Shown here: one piece after another, positions 49,055-58,992 of the stretch
How positions within the stretch are numbered: position 1 is the first letter of the stretch
Layout of the letters: each line of letters opens with the position of its first letter
NCBI GenBank assembly: GCA_014727915.1
Contig: WJMO01000005.1
Span: 160,001 to 224,000, forward strand
Length of the DNA: 64,000 bases
DNA from: Candidatus Altiarchaeales archaeon
GTDB taxonomy: Archaea; Altiarchaeota; Altiarchaeia; IMC4; SCGC-AAA252-I15
Reading direction: 5' to 3'
The notes under the pieces: generated by a model
Told to the model about the DNA's origin: nothing
The model's database searches: none
The model's input: the letters and a program-made list of their open reading frames with translations, nothing else
Translations under genes and position numbers: made by a program

Positions 49055-50347
49055 TCAGTGGAGTCCGAGGCTGGAGGCGACTATCTTCTTTATGTCGGCA
49101 GGGCTTCCCCCTAACCTTATCAAGGTCGTGGTTCCCCGCACCCCAGAACCTGACAGCGTCAATGTGACGAGCCCGAGCATCTCCAGCTCCTTGAGATACT
49201 CTCCGAACCACCTCATAGTGCGCGGGTTCCTGTTCAGGTGCTTGCATATGCGCTCGTAGTTCTCGTACACTTCCCCTGAGAAAAGGACATCCGCAGGGGC
49301 GTCGGAGAGCCTCTTGTACTGGCTTCCCCTGGCTATTGCGTCGGCGATGGAGTAAAGGACGATCTGCTGGTGCTCGGGCAGGGTGGTTATTAGCTCGTTT
49401 ATCACATCCTCCTCAACCCGCGCCTTCGCCTCTTTAACATCGTCCTTCTTGACCCTCTTCCTCTTGTTGTTCTGTGCTATCTCCCCGGCCTTCTGCAGTA
49501 GGCGCAGTCCGTAGCGCGCGTCGCCGTTGGTCTGGGCTGCGTAGGCGGCTATCAAGGCGATGTTGGACTCTGAGATGCTGCCCTTCTTGAATCCCATCTT
49601 AACCCTGTGCTTCAGTATCGTCTTCAGCTGGTTGGCGTTGTAGGGCTTGAACACTATCTCCTCCTCGCAGAGGGTGCTCTTGGTCCTGGGGTCTAGGTCG
49701 TTCTTGAACGAGTACTTGTTGGAGATGCCTATTATGGAGATGCTCCCCCTGCATGTCTTCCCGTCGAACTCCACCTCCCCGATCTCGTCGTTCATCCTCG
49801 TGAGAATGTAGATGAGCTCGTTGACGTCCTTCACCATGTCCACCTCGTCCAACACTACTATCATATGCACTGCGTTGGATTCTATCGTCGCTCTCATCCT
49901 CTGCTGGAGCTCGGTGGGCGATCTGCCGCTAAGCTTGCCTCCTCGAACCCCCTCCAGTGGCGTGTCCTTCAGACCCTCCCTGTTCAGCGAATCATCCTCG
50001 ACTATCTTCAACAGGACCTGGTATTTGCTGTTGTAGCCTAGGCGGCAGTTCATGTATGCGACCGCTGCCCTGGCGTTGTTCTTGTTCTTTGACTTGTCCG
50101 CTAGCGTGGACTCCAGCTCCCGGGTGATGTTCTTGACAACGCTGGTCTTTCCCGTGCCGGTCTTGCCGTAGAGGAAGATGTTGTTCGGCTTCACGTTCAG
50201 GAATATCGATGCGAGAGACCGTGTAATCTGCTTTATCTCCTGCTTTCGGTAGGGGAGGTCCTTTGGTATGTAGTGGGGGCTCAGGACTCCCAGGTCCTTG
50301 AACACTCCCTTGTCCTTCAATTCGTCATCGAATAGCTTGCCTGACAT
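49055..50347 (-). CDS. cdc6: Orc1/Cdc6 replication initiator
   Basis: LSPHYIP..LPYR, YGKTGTGKT, YMNC, VLDEVD, LDPRTKS, FKPYNANQL, GDAR, C-terminal WH domain. Confidence 0.95.
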   Translation of the reverse strand: MSGKLFDDELKDKGVFKDLGVLSPHYIPKDLPYRKQEIKQITRSLASIFLNVKPNNIFLYGKTGTGKTSVVKNITRELESTLADKSKNKNNARAAVAYMNCRLGYNSKYQVLLKIVEDDSLNREGLKDTPLEGVRGGKLSGRSPTELQQRMRATIESNAVHMIVVLDEVDMVKDVNELIYILTRMNDEIGEVEFDGKTCRGSISIIGISNKYSFKNDLDPRTKSTLCEEEIVFKPYNANQLKTILKHRVKMGFKKGSISESNIALIAAYAAQTNGDARYGLRLLQKAGEIAQNNKRKRVKKDDVKEAKARVEEDVINELITTLPEHQQIVLYSIADAIARGSQYKRLSDAPADVLFSGEVYENYERICKHLNRNPRTMRWFGEYLKELEMLGLVTLTLSGSGVRGTTTLIRLGGSPADIKKIVASSLGLH

Positions 50348-50392
50348 TTTCTTTTGGGGGAGAATATATGGGAAGGTCATATATAAAATGGT

Positions 50393-50424
50393 GGGGAATC
50401 CACTGTGTAGGCGGGTGATTCCCC
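50393..50424. promoter_or_regulatory. Inverted repeat in the cdc6/sepF divergent promoter region
   Basis: GGGGAATC (50393-50400) ... GATTCCCC (50417-50424), flanked by TATA-like ATATAAAA and TTTATTAATAAA. Confidence 0.4.
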
Positions 50425-50490
50425 TGATTTATTAATAAACCCTTACTCACATATTATGGTGTATATTTATGCGATTTCATTGTGTGAGGT

Positions 50491-50880
50491 GTGATAATGG
50501 TGTTTAAGAAGATTTTAGGTGGCGGAGGTGGCGGCGGAGACGACGACCTCTCCCGTGATGATATAGACATTGAGGACTACCTGAATGACTTGAGTGTCCG
50601 GGACGGGAAGATAATCGAGAGCGAGGACATAACCTACGTTAAACCCCTTGAGCTTGACGGCGAGGGCAAGGGCGTGGGCAACGTCCTGGCCGAGCTGGAG
50701 AAGAACAACATAGTGGTTTTGAACGTAAGGGCCTTGCTGCATAACAGGATGCTCTTGAAGTCTGTGGTAAAGGACATGAGGGATGCTTGTGTGGAGATGG
50801 ACGGCGACATCGGAAGGATTTCAGAGGACAAGCTGTTGATAGTGCCTTCCGGTATGCGCATCGTCTCCAAGAGCAGCTAG
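50491..50880 (+). CDS. sepF: Cell division protein SepF
   Basis: YVKPLEL, ELEKNNIVVLNV, MDGDIGRISEDKLLIVPSGMRI. Confidence 0.85.
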   Translation: MIMVFKKILGGGGGGGDDDLSRDDIDIEDYLNDLSVRDGKIIESEDITYVKPLELDGEGKGVGNVLAELEKNNIVVLNVRALLHNRMLLKSVVKDMRDACVEMDGDIGRISEDKLLIVPSGMRIVSKSS

Positions 50881-50900
50881 TCTTTCTCCCTTGTGCTATC

Positions 50901-51656
50901 ATGGTTGAAAGGGTCAAATCCGGAATACCCGGCTTGGACGATCTTTTGAACGGCGGCTTCCCCCTGGGTGGCATGTATGTGATACTCGGCCAGGCGGGCA
51001 CCTGCAAGACGATACTCTCTACTGCGTTCCTCCGTAACGGCGCCGTCAACTTCAACGAGCCAGGAGTCTACATCATGCTGGAGGAGAACAAGGAGCGCAT
51101 GATGTCTCATATGATGGACTTCGGCTGGGACCTTGCCCAGCTGGAATCTGAGGGAAAGCTGAAGGTCATACCCTATGTGCGCTCGATCGTCGGCGATGTG
51201 GACGCAACATTCGAGAACAGCATGATGTCCGGTTCTGCGGGTCGGGTCAGCCAGATGCGCCAGTACCTTACCGTTGACTCGCTTCTGAAGGAGATAACCG
51301 ACACCTGCAAGTCAATAGGCGCCAAGCGGGTTGTGATAGATCCCATCAACGTTGTCACCCTGTTGTCTGAGAGTCAGGTGATCGCTAGGATGCAGATAAT
51401 CTGGCTGCTGGAGAACCTTAGGAAACTGGATGTTACTGTGTTGGCCACTGTCGAGGAGGGCGTTGGCTACTGGGAGGACACAATGTTCCTCTCCGATGGC
51501 ATCGTCCACTTGACCTTGAAGGAGAGGGATGGCATCCACGAGCGTGGCATAATGATCCGGAAGATCCGAGGGACGTCCCACGACACCAGCATACGCCCGG
51601 TTAAGATAGACGAGGGCGGCATGCGCGTCTACCCTGAGGAAGTCATATTCAGATAG
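50901..51656 (+). CDS. Single-domain KaiC-like/RAD55 ATPase
   Basis: RVKSGIPGLDDLLNGGFP, GQAGTCKT, YIMLEE, RVVID, IRKIRGTSH. Confidence 0.9.
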   Translation: MVERVKSGIPGLDDLLNGGFPLGGMYVILGQAGTCKTILSTAFLRNGAVNFNEPGVYIMLEENKERMMSHMMDFGWDLAQLESEGKLKVIPYVRSIVGDVDATFENSMMSGSAGRVSQMRQYLTVDSLLKEITDTCKSIGAKRVVIDPINVVTLLSESQVIARMQIIWLLENLRKLDVTVLATVEEGVGYWEDTMFLSDGIVHLTLKERDGIHERGIMIRKIRGTSHDTSIRPVKIDEGGMRVYPEEVIFR

Positions 51657-51659
51657 GCG

Positions 51660-52364
51660 TTAGCCGAAGACCGACTCGTTGGGGAACACTGTTATCCCCT
51701 CATCGGTTATCTTCATGGGTCTCATGTGCTTGTCGAACGCTGTTCCCCTCATCTTCTGTATGCTCACCGCGCTCAGCCTCTCGCCTTCGCTCTCTATCAG
51801 GTGCAGTTTTATGACTCCGCTCGCTAGGAACTCCTCCATGAGAACGTCGGGGCCTTCCAGCTCTGATGTGAGCAGTGTGGTGCAGTTCGTGGTCTCCAGG
51901 AAGTTGAGGAAACCGAGAAGCTCACGCCGGGCTTCAGTCCGGCTCTCGTATAGCATCTTTATGCTGGTCAGTGAGTCGATGACGACCCTCTTGGGCTTGT
52001 AGGACATGTATATGTTCCTCATGGCCTCTATCAGGTTCTTCAACGTGAATTCCGGCTTTGAGATGACCCCTGCGGTCTTGATGGCCCACAGCCCGGACGC
52101 TAGGTCCTGCATGGTGTCCAAAAGCTTTATCCTTTGTATGTCCCATCCGAAGGATGCCATGTCCTGTTTGAGTTGGCTGGCCTGCTCCTCTAGCGCGACG
52201 TAGAGGCATCTTTCGTTGTTCTTCACGCCGTCCATGAGGAACTGCATGCATAATATCGTCTTGCCCGCTCCGGGGCCGCCGACTATCAGGTACGGCCGTC
52301 CAGATATGAATCCCCCGTGCAGCATCTCATCCAGTCCGTCGATGCCGGTGCTTATCTTCTCCAT
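51660..52364 (-). CDS. Single-domain KaiC-like/RAD55 ATPase
   Basis: ISTGIDGLDEMLHGG, GGPGAGKT, YVALEE, RVVIDSL, IQKMRGT. Confidence 0.92.
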   Translation of the reverse strand: MEKISTGIDGLDEMLHGGFISGRPYLIVGGPGAGKTILCMQFLMDGVKNNERCLYVALEEQASQLKQDMASFGWDIQRIKLLDTMQDLASGLWAIKTAGVISKPEFTLKNLIEAMRNIYMSYKPKRVVIDSLTSIKMLYESRTEARRELLGFLNFLETTNCTTLLTSELEGPDVLMEEFLASGVIKLHLIESEGERLSAVSIQKMRGTAFDKHMRPMKITDEGITVFPNESVFG

Positions 52365-52396
52365 CAGTTTAACAGATTAGAACCAGGTTTAAAAAA

Positions 52397-52936
52397 CTAT
52401 TTCAGCCGGTATTCTCTAACTCGGCTGTACTCAGGCCCTCCCGGGCTTAGTCTGCTCTCCATCAGCGTGAAATCCCCGACTTCATACTCTCCAAATGCTG
52501 CGTCTCTCTGGTTTTCGAGCGCAGTCTTCAGCCCAATGCTGTCCTTGACTTCCCTCACTCTCGCCAATGTGATGTGGGGGTGGAACTTCCCGTCCCGGCT
52601 GAAGCCTAGAGGCTCAAGAGCCTCCTCCAATCTCCCATGCAATTCACTCACTTCAGCAGAGCCTTTTTCGACTCCAGCCCAGAGGACCCTCGGCCTGTTC
52701 CTGCTGGGGAACGCTCCGAGACCCTTGACTGTGACGGCGAACCTGCTGTGCCCGACCCGTTCCAATGCCCGGGTCACGGGCTCAATGTCCTCGATGTCTC
52801 CCAGGAACTTCAGCGTCAAGTGCAGGTTCTCGTATTCGACCGCCTTCATCCTTCCAAAATCCAGGAGTTCTTCCTGTGCCTTGACCAGCTCATCTTTCAC
52901 CTCATCGGGGCATCCGATGGCGAGAAAGCATCTCAT
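52397..52936 (-). CDS. thpR: RNA 2',3'-cyclic phosphodiesterase (2H family)
   Basis: MRCFLAI, NLHLTLKFLG, FHPHITLAR, ESRLSPGGPEY. Confidence 0.93.
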   Translation of the reverse strand: MRCFLAIGCPDEVKDELVKAQEELLDFGRMKAVEYENLHLTLKFLGDIEDIEPVTRALERVGHSRFAVTVKGLGAFPSRNRPRVLWAGVEKGSAEVSELHGRLEEALEPLGFSRDGKFHPHITLARVREVKDSIGLKTALENQRDAAFGEYEVGDFTLMESRLSPGGPEYSRVREYRLK

Positions 52937-54087
52937 GGTCCCGGCCCATAGATATCCGAGTGTATGTCAGAGTACTTCTTACTGTAGGCTCTGGCGAAGG
53001 CTTCCAAACCCGCGTCGTCGTCTACCTTCCCGCCTGAGAGGACCGAAGCCAGCCTTAACCTGAAGTCTTTTATCTCATCGTCTGACGCGTTCCACCTGAG
53101 GTCCCGGCCCGGTTCGTACTCATGCCCCCCGGTCAGTGAACCCACTATCCAATTCATCATGCTCATCCTATGGTCTGCATTGTATGGGTTAGCCGAGCTT
53201 TGATCGGCTATTATCTCGCCTTCAATCCGGTCTATGCGGTATTCTCCGAACATGTTTTCCATGTATTCCGGGTTGGCTAGGAAGGTCTTTATCCTGGGCG
53301 CGGTGAATAGTCGTTCCACGTCCATCACCCTCTTCCTGGGAACTCCCTTGAACAGCGGCGTCTCAATGGCGGTAATCCTGGGTATCTCAACATCTTTGGG
53401 CGTGAGATTCAGCGCGTCTATCACCGCGTCCCTGTCCCGCTTCAACGCCTCCGACCTGAAAGATCCCATGGCGATCCCCTTCACTTCCTTGCCTTCAGCT
53501 AGGCTGCTTATTCTCTCATGGAAGTCATCCGCCCTTATCCTGCCCTCCTGGAAGATCACACGTTCCGGCCCGAACGCTCCCAATGCGTGGTGTATCAGCC
53601 ATAGGTCATGGTACCTTCCCTGAAAACCATGCCACCTGGCCTCGTCCGACCGGCGGTTGTAGTCCTCACGGTCTTCGTTGACGTCCTCAGGGGAGGCTCT
53701 GAAGAGGTCGTCCAAGTCTATGAACCTAAGTTTCCCAGGGCGCTCAGCCATCATCCTGAAATCCTCTTCTGTCGCAGTCAAACCTGATAGCACAAGCACC
53801 GTTGAACCGTCCTTGCTTTTTGCCAGCAAATCCTGGAGTATCCTCCTTCCGTTATCTGCCTCCAGCTTCAACTGGCCTTCAGCGGTTTTCTGGCTGTATT
53901 GTTGTCCGCTTACACCCACAAAATGACCTTGGTCGTCGTATGTGCCGAAGTAGTTTGTCCCCCTGAACGGGTGGCTCACCAATATGATCTCAAGCTTCTC
54001 TCTCTGCACCTCAAGCGGCGTGGGGACTGTAACGGTATCCGGGCTCGAAGCCTCCCTCTTTGCCTGTGCAGTGCCCGTCTTGCCCAT
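52933..54087 (-). CDS. Hypothetical protein
   Basis: 384-aa ORF with a 4-bp overlap into thpR; no recognised family. Confidence 0.7.
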   Translation of the reverse strand: MGKTGTAQAKREASSPDTVTVPTPLEVQREKLEIILVSHPFRGTNYFGTYDDQGHFVGVSGQQYSQKTAEGQLKLEADNGRRILQDLLAKSKDGSTVLVLSGLTATEEDFRMMAERPGKLRFIDLDDLFRASPEDVNEDREDYNRRSDEARWHGFQGRYHDLWLIHHALGAFGPERVIFQEGRIRADDFHERISSLAEGKEVKGIAMGSFRSEALKRDRDAVIDALNLTPKDVEIPRITAIETPLFKGVPRKRVMDVERLFTAPRIKTFLANPEYMENMFGEYRIDRIEGEIIADQSSANPYNADHRMSMMNWIVGSLTGGHEYEPGRDLRWNASDDEIKDFRLRLASVLSGGKVDDDAGLEAFARAYSKKYSDIHSDIYGPGP

Positions 54088-54124
54088 GTATTATTTTTAT
54101 ACGGTATTCGGTAATATACATACC

Positions 54125-54466
54125 ATGTTGCCTGGAGGCATGAACCCGAAGCAGATGAAGAAGATGATGAAGAAGATGGGCATCAAGACCGACGAGATCG
54201 ATGCCGAGCAGGTCATCATCAAATGCGTCGACCGTGACATCATAATCGACAACCCCTCGGTGGTGAAGACCGTCATACAGGGGCAGGAGATGTTCCAAGT
54301 CCAAGGCGACGTCCGAGAGGCCGCTGCAGAGGAGGATGTTGAGATCAGCCAGGAGGACGTGGACATGGTAAAATCCCAGACCGGCGCATCCGACGAGAAG
54401 GCCATTGCCGCATTGGAGAAGTCGGGGGGCGACCTGGCCCAGGCCATACTCGACCTGCAGAAATAA
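54125..54466 (+). CDS. nac: Nascent polypeptide-associated complex protein
   Basis: GMNPKQMKKMMKKMGI; UBA tail EDVDMVKSQTG...GGDLAQAIL. Confidence 0.95.
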   Translation: MLPGGMNPKQMKKMMKKMGIKTDEIDAEQVIIKCVDRDIIIDNPSVVKTVIQGQEMFQVQGDVREAAAEEDVEISQEDVDMVKSQTGASDEKAIAALEKSGGDLAQAILDLQK

Positions 54467-54467
54467 G

Positions 54468-54911
54468 ATGGACGCTGAAGGCGCTTTCGAGAAAATTGTC
54501 ACGGGCATACATGTGATAACCGTAAAAGCAGGTGATAAGGTTAATGGCATGGCTGCCGCGTGGGTCACGCGCGTCTCCCACAGTCCGCCGCTCGTAATGG
54601 TATCCGTTGCCCACACCAGGTTCACCCACAATCTAATACAGCAGGCCGGGTCCTTCTGCGTTAACATATTGGCCGAGGGACAGGACGACCTCGTCACACG
54701 GTTCGGGTTCAAGACCGGCAAGTCAACGGACAAATTCGACGGCCTCCCATATGGCACTGGCGAAACAGGTTCTCCCATACTGGATGGCACCGCGGGATAC
54801 CTGGACTGCAAGCTCATCTCATCCCATGAGGCAGGGGATCACACGATATTCGTCGGGGAAGTCGTGGACGCGAAAGCATACGATAAGAATCCCATGTCAC
54901 ATGGAGGCTAA
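54468..54911 (+). CDS. Flavin reductase-like protein
   Basis: NGMAAAW, VSHSPPLV, FCVNIL, AGDHTIFVGEV. Confidence 0.92.
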   Translation: MDAEGAFEKIVTGIHVITVKAGDKVNGMAAAWVTRVSHSPPLVMVSVAHTRFTHNLIQQAGSFCVNILAEGQDDLVTRFGFKTGKSTDKFDGLPYGTGETGSPILDGTAGYLDCKLISSHEAGDHTIFVGEVVDAKAYDKNPMSHGG

Positions 54912-55517
54912 AGCCCTTTCAGCAAGCTGCCTGAACAGTTCACTGCCCTTCTCTGATGTTGCCCTGGTAGGGTCTCCCAATACCCCGGATTCGCTGAATT
55001 CCTTCGTGTCCTTCCATTCTCCCCTCCCAGGCCATCTGAACTCGTGCTCTCTGATCTCGTCCTCTTTGACCAGTTCGGGGTGCAGGTGCATCATCAGGCT
55101 GGTCTCCACCTCGCCCGCGTGGTCGTACCTTTCGAGCAGTGAAGTCAGATTGACGGCTTTGACATCGATGTTCAACTCCTCCAGCGCCTTGTTGTTCCCG
55201 CCGTGGCCGTTAATGATGATTATCTCGGCGAACCCCTGCCTGCGAAGGGACTCGACAACCTCCTCGACAACAGACTTGAAGGTGTCGGGTTTCAAGCTGA
55301 CAGTACCGGGGAAGCTCATGTGCTCCGGCGACACCCCCACGGGTATGGTCGGCCCGAGGACGGCGCCCACTTCCACCGCGACCTTCTCAGCCACTGCCTC
55401 AGCGATCAACGTGTCAGTCGACAACGGCAGGTGAGGCCCATGCTGCTCAAGGCTACCTGTTATGGTAACAACCCTACTGCCCTTGACATCGGGCCAACGA
55501 CTGTCCTTTAGCTTCAT
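54897..55517 (-). CDS. Creatininase family amidohydrolase
   Basis: GSLEQHGPHLPLSTD, GVSPEHMSFPGT, NGHGGN, DHAGEVETS. Confidence 0.92.
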   Translation of the reverse strand: MKLKDSRWPDVKGSRVVTITGSLEQHGPHLPLSTDTLIAEAVAEKVAVEVGAVLGPTIPVGVSPEHMSFPGTVSLKPDTFKSVVEEVVESLRRQGFAEIIIINGHGGNNKALEELNIDVKAVNLTSLLERYDHAGEVETSLMMHLHPELVKEDEIREHEFRWPGRGEWKDTKEFSESGVLGDPTRATSEKGSELFRQLAERALASM

Positions 55518-55569
55518 CCTAGTGAAACTTTAGGATAAATGTATAAAATACTGCGGGCCTCACCCGCTT

Positions 55570-56637
55570 TCAGTAGCTGAGCTTACTCCAGATGTTGTCG
55601 TCATCGAGCCGTGAGGGTATGTCCACATCGTAGAAGCCCTGTATGGGCTCTAGCACCTCGGGGCTGCCTTCCCAGACACTCTTCAACGCCTCCCTGACCG
55701 ATTCAACGCCCTTGGCTGTCAGCTTGCCCAGAGGCCTCTTGCAGGTTCCGGCTATCATCCCCAACCCCGCCATCATCGTCTTCACAGGCACAGGGTTCGG
55801 AATCCTGTACTCCACCTGTGACGTGCTGCCGTCCGGGAGCGCCACCTCCTCGACCGTCTTAACACCCACGACGTTGAACAGGGGCTGGAGGCTCTCATCC
55901 ACCGCCTTAGCCTCTTCTGCCTTGCCTTCAAGTATCATCCGCACGTATCTCTCTATGGCTGCCGGCGTGATGTTGCTTATCACCGATATGACCCCCGACG
56001 ACATTATCCTGGCGTCTGTCATCATCTCATACGTGTTCGGGTCGTCGCCGGAAATTATGTTGAAATCGTCATCCGCGAGTTCCCTGGTCTTCCTCATCCT
56101 CTCGAAGTCGCCGGTCGCCTCCTTTACGGCCACGAGGTTCTTATGGCCTGCCCGGATCAAGGCAAGGTCTTCAGGCGATATGACTGTCACGCTCCTCCCG
56201 GGTATCGCGTAGGCTATGAAGTCGGTTTCGGGGAACTCTGACAGTACCGGCTCATAGTATTCCCTCCTGAGCTCGAGCGAGGACGGCTTGTTATAGTAGC
56301 AGTCCACCAGCAGGCAGGTTTCAACTCCCGCCTCGACCGCCCTCTTGGTCTCGAAGATAGCCTCGTCGGTGCTGTTCGAGCCGGTGCCCGCCAAAACCTT
56401 GGTTTTGCCGTCAGCGTAGCCCACGGTGTTCTCTATCACCTTGGAATGTTCCCTGTGGGTGACCGTGGCCGACTCCCCCGTGCTGCCCATCGGCAGCACC
56501 CCAGTTACTCCCTGTTCGGACTGGAATCTCACGTTCTTCTCCAACTGGCTCCAGTTGACCTTGTAGTCGTTGTCGAAGGGGGTGACCAGCGCAGTCCAAC
56601 ATCCGCAGTATCTCGAATCCATCTTATACCCGGTCAA
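55570..56637 (-). CDS. dapA: 4-hydroxy-tetrahydrodipicolinate synthase
   Basis: TALVTPF, GSTGES, GTGSNST, YYNKPS, VKEATG, ISGDD, NPVPVK. Confidence 0.88.
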   Translation of the reverse strand: MTGYKMDSRYCGCWTALVTPFDNDYKVNWSQLEKNVRFQSEQGVTGVLPMGSTGESATVTHREHSKVIENTVGYADGKTKVLAGTGSNSTDEAIFETKRAVEAGVETCLLVDCYYNKPSSLELRREYYEPVLSEFPETDFIAYAIPGRSVTVISPEDLALIRAGHKNLVAVKEATGDFERMRKTRELADDDFNIISGDDPNTYEMMTDARIMSSGVISVISNITPAAIERYVRMILEGKAEEAKAVDESLQPLFNVVGVKTVEEVALPDGSTSQVEYRIPNPVPVKTMMAGLGMIAGTCKRPLGKLTAKGVESVREALKSVWEGSPEVLEPIQGFYDVDIPSRLDDDNIWSKLSY

Positions 56638-56744
56638 GCTCTTTATTATTACAATAATACCTTAAAATAGTAATCCAATAAAAGTGTGAGCGACTCCGCT
56701 GTTTTCCGGCGGAGTAGGCACATTTCCATGTGTGGGATGTCAGA

Positions 56745-58514
56745 ATGTGCGGTATCGCAGGCTATGTGGGTGGTAAGAACGCTCCTGTCGTCCTTTTCGA
56801 CATGTTGAAGCGGTTGGAGTATCGTGGTTATGACTCTGCGGGCATAGCGTATGTCGGAGAGGATGGCATTAACATACCCAAGGGAAAGGGCAAGGTTGAC
56901 GAGGTCAGGGCTAGCTTGAACCCAGAGTCACTTATGGGCCAGATTGGCGTGGGCCACACGAGATGGGCAACCCATGGGGTGCCTTCCACGGTCAACGCTC
57001 ACCCGCACACCGACTGCACAGGCGTCTTTGCGGTAGCCCATAATGGCATCATCGAGAACTTCCTGGAGCTGAAGGATGAGCTGGAGGAGCGTGGTCACAG
57101 CTTCAAGAGCGAGACAGACACGGAGGTCATAGCCCACTTGATCGAGGAATACTATGATGGCGACTTCCTGGAGGCGTTCGCCAAGGCGTTGGGCAAGCTG
57201 AAGGGCAGCTACGCCATCACTGCTTTGTCCACGCATCACCGGGATATGATACTGGTCGCGAGGAACGAGAGTCCCCTGCTGATTGGCTTGGGGGAGGGGG
57301 AGAACTTCATCGCCTCCGACGCGCCCGCCTTCCTCGGTGAGACGAAGGAGGCGGTCATCTTGGACGACCTGGAATATGGTGTTGTGACAGCGGGAAATAC
57401 GGCATTCTACAGCCTTAAATCCGGGAGGAAGCTGAGGAAGAAGCATGAGACGTTATCCTGGAGTTTCCGGGAGGCGGAGCGGGGCGGCTACCACCACTTC
57501 ATGCTCAAGGAGGTGCATGAGGAGCCTGACGCTGCAGTTAACGCGTTGAAGGGCGAGAAGGAGTTGAGGGCGGTCTGCGATAAAATCTCGTCCTGCAGGC
57601 GGGTGTACTTCGTCGCATGCGGCACCGCATACCACGCTGGACTGTATGGGAAATACCTGATGGAACGTCTCGGCCTTGCTGCGGAGGCGTCCATAGCCTC
57701 TGAGTTCAGGTACTCTACTGCAGGGTCTTTGAACAGCGAGTGTGCTGTGATTGCCATATCACAGAGCGGGGAGACTGCAGACACCATAGCGGCCGTTAAG
57801 GCGGCCAAGGCTCGTGGGGCCTACACGGCGTGCATAGTCAACGTCGTCGGGAGCAGCCTGACCCGTTTATGTGATGATTCGGCCTACACATACTCCGGTC
57901 CCGAGATAGCGGTGGCATCCACCAAAGCGTACATAGGCCAGCTGGTATCCGTTGCTCTTCTGAGCCTTGAATCCGCCAAGAAGAAGATGAAACTGGACGA
58001 AAAGGACTTTTTAGACTATTTTGACGAACTTAAGAATATCCGCGAAAGGATCCAGGATATCCTGGATTCCAACGAGATCCGGGCTTTGGCGGAGTCGGAG
58101 GCTAACACCCGCACCTTCTTCTATCTTGGCAGGCGGGAGAACTACCCGACTGCATTGGAGGGCGCGTTGAAGCTGAAGGAGATCAGCTACGTGCACGCGG
58201 AGGGCTACGCTGCAGGCGAACTGAAGCACGGGCCGCTCGCATTGATGGATGAGACAGTGACGGTCCTGGCCATTATGCCAGACGACGAGCTCAAGCGGAA
58301 GGTGGAGAGCAACATCAGCGAGATAAAAGCCCGCGGCGCGAAAGTGATAACCGTCGGAGTGAACAAGGACATCAGAATACCCAAGACCTACCCCATCTTC
58401 GCCCCAATCCTGGCAATAGTACCCCTCCACCTCTTTGCATACTACATCAGCGTGCTGAAGGGCTTGGACCCCGACAAGCCACGCAACTTGGCGAAGAGCG
58501 TGACCGTCGAATAG
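56745..58514 (+). CDS. glmS: Glutamine-fructose-6-phosphate aminotransferase
   Basis: MCGI, RLEYRGYDSAG, GHTRWATHG, SQSGETADT, ELKHGPLAL, PRNLAKSVTVE. Confidence 0.97.
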   Translation: MCGIAGYVGGKNAPVVLFDMLKRLEYRGYDSAGIAYVGEDGINIPKGKGKVDEVRASLNPESLMGQIGVGHTRWATHGVPSTVNAHPHTDCTGVFAVAHNGIIENFLELKDELEERGHSFKSETDTEVIAHLIEEYYDGDFLEAFAKALGKLKGSYAITALSTHHRDMILVARNESPLLIGLGEGENFIASDAPAFLGETKEAVILDDLEYGVVTAGNTAFYSLKSGRKLRKKHETLSWSFREAERGGYHHFMLKEVHEEPDAAVNALKGEKELRAVCDKISSCRRVYFVACGTAYHAGLYGKYLMERLGLAAEASIASEFRYSTAGSLNSECAVIAISQSGETADTIAAVKAAKARGAYTACIVNVVGSSLTRLCDDSAYTYSGPEIAVASTKAYIGQLVSVALLSLESAKKKMKLDEKDFLDYFDELKNIRERIQDILDSNEIRALAESEANTRTFFYLGRRENYPTALEGALKLKEISYVHAEGYAAGELKHGPLALMDETVTVLAIMPDDELKRKVESNISEIKARGAKVITVGVNKDIRIPKTYPIFAPILAIVPLHLFAYYISVLKGLDPDKPRNLAKSVTVE

Positions 58515-58601
58515 CTTCGCCGATTTCTGAAATAGTATCTGCCATTAATTTACCTGTTCCTCCTTTGTTTTAACCATAGTTTTTGTTTTTGGGTTTTATT
58601 C

Positions 58602-58991
58602 ATGGATTTGGAGGTCTCATTTCCGGGGGGTTTGCGGGTTGACGTAGGCTACAAAGGGCATAATATAAGGACCGACCAGCCTGTTGCTTCAGGAGGCGGG
58701 GATGCTGCTCCTGCCCCGTTCGACCTTTTCCTGGCGTCTATAGCTTCGTGTGTTGGCATCTACGTTCTCCAGTTCCTGAGAGCCCGGGACCTGCCTACGG
58801 AGGGTTTGAAGCTGAAGATGAGCACGGACTACAGCCGGGAGGAGCGGAGGATAACCAACATAGCCTTTGAGTTAACCCTCCCGGACGGTTTTCCGGAAGA
58901 GTACCGGGATGCGGTTGTCAGGTCTGCGATGCAGTGCGCTGTCAAACGGCACATGGAGAAACCGCCAGAATTCGATGTGAAACTGGTTTAA
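58602..58991 (+). CDS. OsmC family protein
   Basis: TDQP..GG..AP.PFDLFLASIASC, QCAVKRH. Confidence 0.9.
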   Translation: MDLEVSFPGGLRVDVGYKGHNIRTDQPVASGGGDAAPAPFDLFLASIASCVGIYVLQFLRARDLPTEGLKLKMSTDYSREERRITNIAFELTLPDGFPEEYRDAVVRSAMQCAVKRHMEKPPEFDVKLV

Positions 58992-58992
58992 A

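Noticed and set aside
50348-50490. Replication origin next to cdc6
   Set aside because: The gap is short and lacks repeated canonical ORB elements; only one inverted repeat is supported.
50901-52364. Circadian clock KaiC or RadB
   Set aside because: These are single-domain proteins with no kaiA/kaiB nearby; they fit the generic archaeal KaiC-like/RAD55 family.
54897-55517. Mycofactocin peptidase MftE
   Set aside because: No mftA/B/C genes nearby; only a creatininase-family call is supported.
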